A stretch of 64,000 nt of DNA, from NCBI GenBank assembly GCA_964348295.1, contig CAYGBV010000017.1, positions 6,736 to 70,735 on the forward strand, read 5' to 3'. The notes below the pieces were generated by a model, which saw only the letters and a program-made list of their open reading frames with translations, ran no database searches and was not told the DNA's origin. The position numbers and the translations under genes were made by a program. Position 1 is the first letter of the stretch. Every line of letters begins with the position of its first letter. Positions 60,201 to 64,000 of this stretch are shown in pieces. The DNA comes from an uncultured Gemmatimonadaceae bacterium (GTDB taxonomy: Bacteria; Gemmatimonadota; Gemmatimonadetes; Gemmatimonadales; GWC2-71-9).

Positions 60201-61312
60201 CGGCGAGCCAGGCCCTCGCGCTACCACTCGGCGACCTCGACATGCTCAGGCGCCGGGTGGCGGCGCTGGCCGAGAACCGTCCCGGGGTTTACCGCATGCT
60301 CGACCCGTCGGGGCGTGTGGTCTACGTGGGAAAGGCAAAGCGGCTGCGCGGCCGACTCCTCTCCTACTTCCGTGCGAGCTACCCAGCAGACAAGGCGGCC
60401 CGCATTCTGCACGCCGCGGCCGACATCCGCTGGGACTACGTGCCGTCTGAATTCGCCGCGTTCCTGGGAGAGCTCAAGCAGATCCGCCGCTACCGACCTG
60501 TCTTCAACGTGCGAATGAACCGCCACCGCAGGGTCGGGTTCATCAAGATCGCCGGGGGAACGGCACCGAAGCTCTACGTGGGCGGCACCGTGGGCGGCGA
60601 CGACGTGCGGCACTACGGACCGTTCGTGGGCGTGGGGCGCCTGAAGGAGAGCGTGAAGGTCCTGAACGACCTCCTGGGCTTGCGGGACTGCGCGCTCTCG
60701 ATGCCGATGGCCTACTCGGATCAGCAGGATCTGTTCGTCGGCTCGGAGCGGGCTGCGTGCATGCGTCACGAGCTCGGAACCTGCGTCGCTCCCTGCGCCG
60801 GATTTGTGACGGAGCCCGAGTACCGGCGCCGCGTGCGCATGGCCATCGACTTCATCGAGGCACGCGACGTGGCGCCCCTCGACCGGATCATCGCCCAGAT
60901 GACGGGGGCGAGCGAGGCTCAAGACTTCGAGCGCGCCGCCTGGTGCCGCGGCAAGTTCGACGCCCTCACCTGGTTGCTATCCGCCTGCACCCGAGCGCAG
61001 GCGGCGCTCGAGGCGCTGAGCTTCGTGTACGTCGATCCCGGCGTGTACGGCGACGACCGCGCCTACGTCGTCCGACGGGCCACCGTGCGCGCCGCGGCCC
61101 CGGCACCGCACACCCCCATCGAGATCGAGGCATTCCGCTCGCTGGTTGCCGAGCACGCCAACGGCGAGCCCCAGCCCGGCCCGATCCCGGCGGCGGCGAT
61201 CGACGAGACGCTGTTGCTGCTTTCCTGGTTCCGTCGCCACCCCGGCGCGCTGCGCCGCACGGTGGGACTGGAGGAGTGGCTGGAGCGGCACGCACCGGGG
61301 TTACACACATGA
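60197..61312 (+). CDS. UvrC N-terminal-half homologue (GIY-YIG nuclease + UVR motif; Cho-like)
   Basis: ATGA overlap. GVYRMLD...VVYVGKAKRLRGRLLSYF, SEFAAFLGELKQIRRYRPVFN, GPF...LRDC, C...HELGTCVAPCAG, and UVR-like EAQDFERAAWCRGKFDAL. No EndoV-like or HhH C-terminal half. Confidence 0.8.
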   Translation: MTASQALALPLGDLDMLRRRVAALAENRPGVYRMLDPSGRVVYVGKAKRLRGRLLSYFRASYPADKAARILHAAADIRWDYVPSEFAAFLGELKQIRRYRPVFNVRMNRHRRVGFIKIAGGTAPKLYVGGTVGGDDVRHYGPFVGVGRLKESVKVLNDLLGLRDCALSMPMAYSDQQDLFVGSERAACMRHELGTCVAPCAGFVTEPEYRRRVRMAIDFIEARDVAPLDRIIAQMTGASEAQDFERAAWCRGKFDALTWLLSACTRAQAALEALSFVYVDPGVYGDDRAYVVRRATVRAAAPAPHTPIEIEAFRSLVAEHANGEPQPGPIPAAAIDETLLLLSWFRRHPGALRRTVGLEEWLERHAPGLHT

Positions 61313-62295
61313 TCGGCCAGACAGCGCTCGCCGTCCTCGAGCTCGTTGCCGGCCTCGCGGTGCTGTTCTACGGCGGGAGTCTTCTGGTGCGCGGCGCCAC
61401 GGCCGTGGCTCTCCTGGCCCGGATCTCCACCGCCGTCGTGGCACTCACGGTGGTCGCGATGGGGACGAGCCTGCCGGAACTCGCGGTGAGCGTACGAGCG
61501 GCCTGGCGGGGCTCCACCGACATCGCCTACGCCAATGTCATCGGCTCGAGCATCTTCAACATCGGAGCCATCCTGGGCTTGGCCGCAGTAATGATGGCCA
61601 TTCCGGTGCGCAAGCACGCCCTTCAGGTCGAGTACTGGATCATGCTGGTGGCCACCGGCGCCGTCCTGTACTTCGCCTTCAACGGCAACGTGGGTCACCT
61701 TGAAGGCGTAGCACTGTGCGTCGGTCTCGGGCTGTTCGTGCTGTACAGCATCTACCACGCCCGGCGCGGGGTCAGCGGGAGCGAGGCGGCGGCGATGGAG
61801 AGTGAGGTGAAGCGCGCGGCGCACATGAAGGACGGTGCCGTGCGTGCCTGGGGACTCAACGTCGCGCTCATAGTGCTGGGCCTGATCGCGCTGGCCGTCG
61901 GAGCGGAGCTCTCCGTTCTGGGGGCGGTGACTGGTGCGCGCGTGCTGGGCGTGGAAGAGCGGGTCATCGGCCTTACCATCGTGGCCATGGGGACCAGCCT
62001 GCCGGAGTTCGCCACCTGCGTGGCCGCGGCGCGGCATAAGGAGCCGGACATCGCCCTGGGCAACGTGATCGGCTCCAACATCTTCAACCTGTTCGGTATC
62101 CTGGGAGTCACCGCCGCGATATTCCCCGTCCCGGTACGCGGCACGTTCCTTACGGCAGACAACTGGGTCCTGCTCACCTTCACTGTGCTGCTGTTCCCGA
62201 TCATGCTGTCGCGCCGGAGTGTCTCGCGCCGCGAGGGGCTGTTCCTACTGGTGGGCTTTTCCGTCTACATCGTGTGGGTGGTGGTGGCGCGGTAG
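61309..62295 (+). CDS. CaCA-family cation/Ca2+ antiporter (YrbG-like)
   Basis: ATGA overlap. Two alpha-repeats, GTSLPELAVS...NVIGSSIFNI and GTSLPEFATC...NVIGSNIFNL. Confidence 0.9.
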   Translation: MIGQTALAVLELVAGLAVLFYGGSLLVRGATAVALLARISTAVVALTVVAMGTSLPELAVSVRAAWRGSTDIAYANVIGSSIFNIGAILGLAAVMMAIPVRKHALQVEYWIMLVATGAVLYFAFNGNVGHLEGVALCVGLGLFVLYSIYHARRGVSGSEAAAMESEVKRAAHMKDGAVRAWGLNVALIVLGLIALAVGAELSVLGAVTGARVLGVEERVIGLTIVAMGTSLPEFATCVAAARHKEPDIALGNVIGSNIFNLFGILGVTAAIFPVPVRGTFLTADNWVLLTFTVLLFPIMLSRRSVSRREGLFLLVGFSVYIVWVVVAR

Positions 62296-62298
62296 CGT

Positions 62299-62772
62299 CT
62301 ACAACTCCACCAACCTCGCCCGGGGCGGAATTCCCGGCTCCAGCTCCATTATTCCCACCGACGGCCGCAGTCCGAAGCGGGCCGACCCCGCCGAGCCCGG
62401 GTTCATCACCGTAACCGTCTTGTCCACCAGCTGCAGCAGCGGGCGGTGCGTGTGGCCGTACACCAGGATCTCGGCCTGGGGAAACGCGGCGACCAGCGCA
62501 TCGGGGGTGGGCGAGCCGAACTGGTCTCCGTGGGTCACTGTCACGCTGAACCCGTCCAGCTCCACCTCGGCCACCCGCGGGCACTTGGCGCGGACATTCA
62601 TGCCGTCGGTGTTGCCATAGACCGCCGTCACCGACGCAAGCGCTTCGAGCTCGGTGAGGACGTCGAGGCGGCCGATGTCCCCGGCGTGCAGGATGTGGTC
62701 GACCTGCGCGAACACCTCGAATACCGCGGGTCGCAGATGGTTGTGGGTATCGGAGATGACTCCCAGGCGCAC
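62299..62772 (-). CDS. YfcE/MJ0936-type metallophosphoesterase
   Basis: MRLGVISDTHN, HAGDIG, GNTD and GHTH motifs. Confidence 0.85.
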   Translation of the reverse strand: MRLGVISDTHNHLRPAVFEVFAQVDHILHAGDIGRLDVLTELEALASVTAVYGNTDGMNVRAKCPRVAEVELDGFSVTVTHGDQFGSPTPDALVAAFPQAEILVYGHTHRPLLQLVDKTVTVMNPGSAGSARFGLRPSVGIMELEPGIPPRARLVEL

Positions 62773-62776
62773 CCGC

Positions 62777-63361
62777 TCACCCCTCCCAGCGGGGCACGAG
62801 ACTCGCCTCCACCCCCATGTGGTCCAGCACGCGCTGCACGATGAAGTCCACCAGGTCCCGCACCTGCTGCGGCCGGTGATAGAACCCCGGGGCAGCGGGA
62901 ATCACCGTCGCACCGGCCTCGGTGACGGCCGTGAGGTTGCGCAGGTGAATCAGTGAGAGGGGCGTCTCGCGGGGCACGAGGATGAGCGGCCGCCGCTCCT
63001 TGAGCGTCACGTCAGCGGCACGCTCGATGAGTGACCGGCTGTTGCCCTGAGCGATAGCCGATACCGTCCCCATCGAGCAGGGGCAGACCACCATGCCGGC
63101 GCTCCGCGCCGAGCCCGACGCGGGGGTCGCGCCGCGGTCGGCGTTGTCGTACGCGGTGATGCTCGACCAGTCCCCCCCCGTGGCCTCCCTGAGCTCCTCC
63201 TCCGAGCCGATGCCGGTCTCGGTCTGAAGCAGTCGCCATCCGTGGCTGGAAACCACGAGCATGAGCGGTACCCGGTGCCGGGCCAGCACTTCCAGCAGGC
63301 GTACCGCATAGGGCCCGCCGGAAGCGCCGGTGATCCCGAGGACCCAAGGGACGGTCTTCAC
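62777..63361 (-). CDS. ubiX: flavin prenyltransferase UbiX
   Basis: GTG start. WVLGITGASGGPYAVRLL...MVVCPCSMGTVSAIA...ERRPLILVPRETP. Confidence 0.93.
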   Translation of the reverse strand: MKTVPWVLGITGASGGPYAVRLLEVLARHRVPLMLVVSSHGWRLLQTETGIGSEEELREATGGDWSSITAYDNADRGATPASGSARSAGMVVCPCSMGTVSAIAQGNSRSLIERAADVTLKERRPLILVPRETPLSLIHLRNLTAVTEAGATVIPAAPGFYHRPQQVRDLVDFIVQRVLDHMGVEASLVPRWEG

Positions 63362-63398
63362 TGGCCTCTCCTGTTGGGGGTAGGGACCTTGTGCGGGT

Positions 63399-63568
63399 GC
63401 CGGGGAGGGCCGGGAGGGGCGGGTCCCTTGGGGCCCTTGGGGAACGGGGAACGGGGAACCGGGAACGTGCCGCCCTTCCCTTTCCCCGACTTGCGCACCG
63501 GCTCGCTGCGGCCCCGCCTCGAACGCCGACCGGTCTTACCGTTCCCCGTTCCCCGTTCCCTGTTCCCC
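63399..63568. repeat. heptamer-repeat inverted element, copy 2
   Basis: G-tract run from 63399. Left arm GGGGAACGGGGAACGGGGAACCGGGAACG at 63439-63467. Right arm CGTTCCCCGTTCCCCGTTCCCTGTTCCCC at 63540-63568. Arms are 27/29 complementary with a 72-nt spacer. Lies between ubiA and ubiX. Confidence 0.9.
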
Positions 63569-63569
63569 T

Positions 63570-64000
63570 TCATGATAGTCTATCCCCCAAAGCAAAGAGG
63601 AAGACAACTATGCTCATGATCCCGTTCATTCGAAAGAAGGCCGCGTCGAGCCGACGCAGGTCACCCGGCCTCACGAGTTGATGCTCCCAGGCGAGGATGG
63701 CCGCCGCCAGCGCCACGCCGACGTAGTACAGCGTCCCAAACGGCGTCCCCACCGCGAACGCCACCAGCATCACAATGGTCACGCCGTGGAGCAGCTTGGC
63801 CGCGAGAATGGCGCGACGCTGGCCCAGCAATACCACCGCGCTCTTGAGGCCATGCTCCCGGTCGAACGACTCATCGGGCAGTGCGTAGAAGATGTCGAAC
63901 CCGCCGACCCAGGTAAGCACGGCCAGCGCGATCACCGGCAGCGTCCACCACGGCTCGCTCCAGGTGCCCGTCACCGCGATGTAGCCGGCACCGGGCGCGA
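63570..64000 (-). CDS. ubiA: UbiA-family aromatic prenyltransferase; 5' end lies outside the window
   Basis: The frame stays open upstream of the track's GTG 63974 to the window edge. ...GGFDIFYALPDESFDREHGLKS... is the second Asp-rich motif region. Adjacent to ubiX. Confidence 0.85.
   Translation of the reverse strand, partial: APGAGYIAVTGTWSEPWWTLPVIALAVLTWVGGFDIFYALPDESFDREHGLKSAVVLLGQRRAILAAKLLHGVTIVMLVAFAVGTPFGTLYYVGVALAAAILAWEHQLVRPGDLRRLDAAFFRMNGIMSIVVFLFALGDRLS

Noticed and set aside
57950-61308. Upstream extensions of ORFs 57950, 59058, 59288 and 60757
   Set aside because: Each is an open frame overlapping the preceding real gene. Recognisable protein sequence starts only at the ATGs that overlap the upstream stop codons (58181, 59184, 60197, 61309).
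63399-63568. Possible CRISPR array or tandem VNTR
   Set aside because: The repeat unit is 7 nt with no unique spacers. The arms are inverted rather than direct, and no cas genes are present, so it is not a CRISPR.

Overview
The window is 64 kb of a compact, very high-GC Gram-negative bacterial chromosome. Lines I hand-counted in core genes have 43-46 G+C per 60 nt. Gene content would fit a Gemmatimonadota-like soil bacterium, but I cannot verify that here. I support about 57 CDS, one tRNA-Leu(UAG), three hairpin terminators and two copies of an unusual heptamer-repeat element.

Most of the window is housekeeping:
- caa3-type cytochrome oxidase ctaC-ctaD (ctaD runs off the left edge and is missing from the ORF track)
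- fabH, tig-clpP-clpX-engB, trpE, maf-dtd, glmM-glmS, purD, mutM
- ubiX and ubiA (ubiA runs off the right edge)

Co-directional genes are typically joined by 4-nt ATGA/GTGA stop-start overlaps.

The items most worth a second look are:
1. A translationally coupled string: mutM, a Ddl-like ATP-grasp ligase, a protein with four CPWCG zinc ribbons plus an HExxH peptidase domain, a UvrC N-half (Cho-like) GIY-YIG nuclease, then a CaCA antiporter.
2. A dispersed intergenic element built from tandem GGGAAC/GGGAAG heptamers. Its arms form long inverted repeats and also satisfy the G-quadruplex consensus. There are two copies, at 3257-3364 and 63399-63568.
3. An orphan GspE/PilB-type secretion ATPase fused to a receiver domain, convergent with a hybrid histidine kinase.
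4. A six-gene envelope operon running from an OPT transporter to a large Omp85-like protein.
5. A low-GC block (about 25.3-30.7 kb) abutting tRNA-Leu. It carries a foreign-looking paralogue of a resident fused MFS/spermidine-synthase gene.

I saw no CRISPR array, rRNA, integrase or transposase. All family assignments come from reading motifs by eye and need hmmscan/HHpred confirmation.
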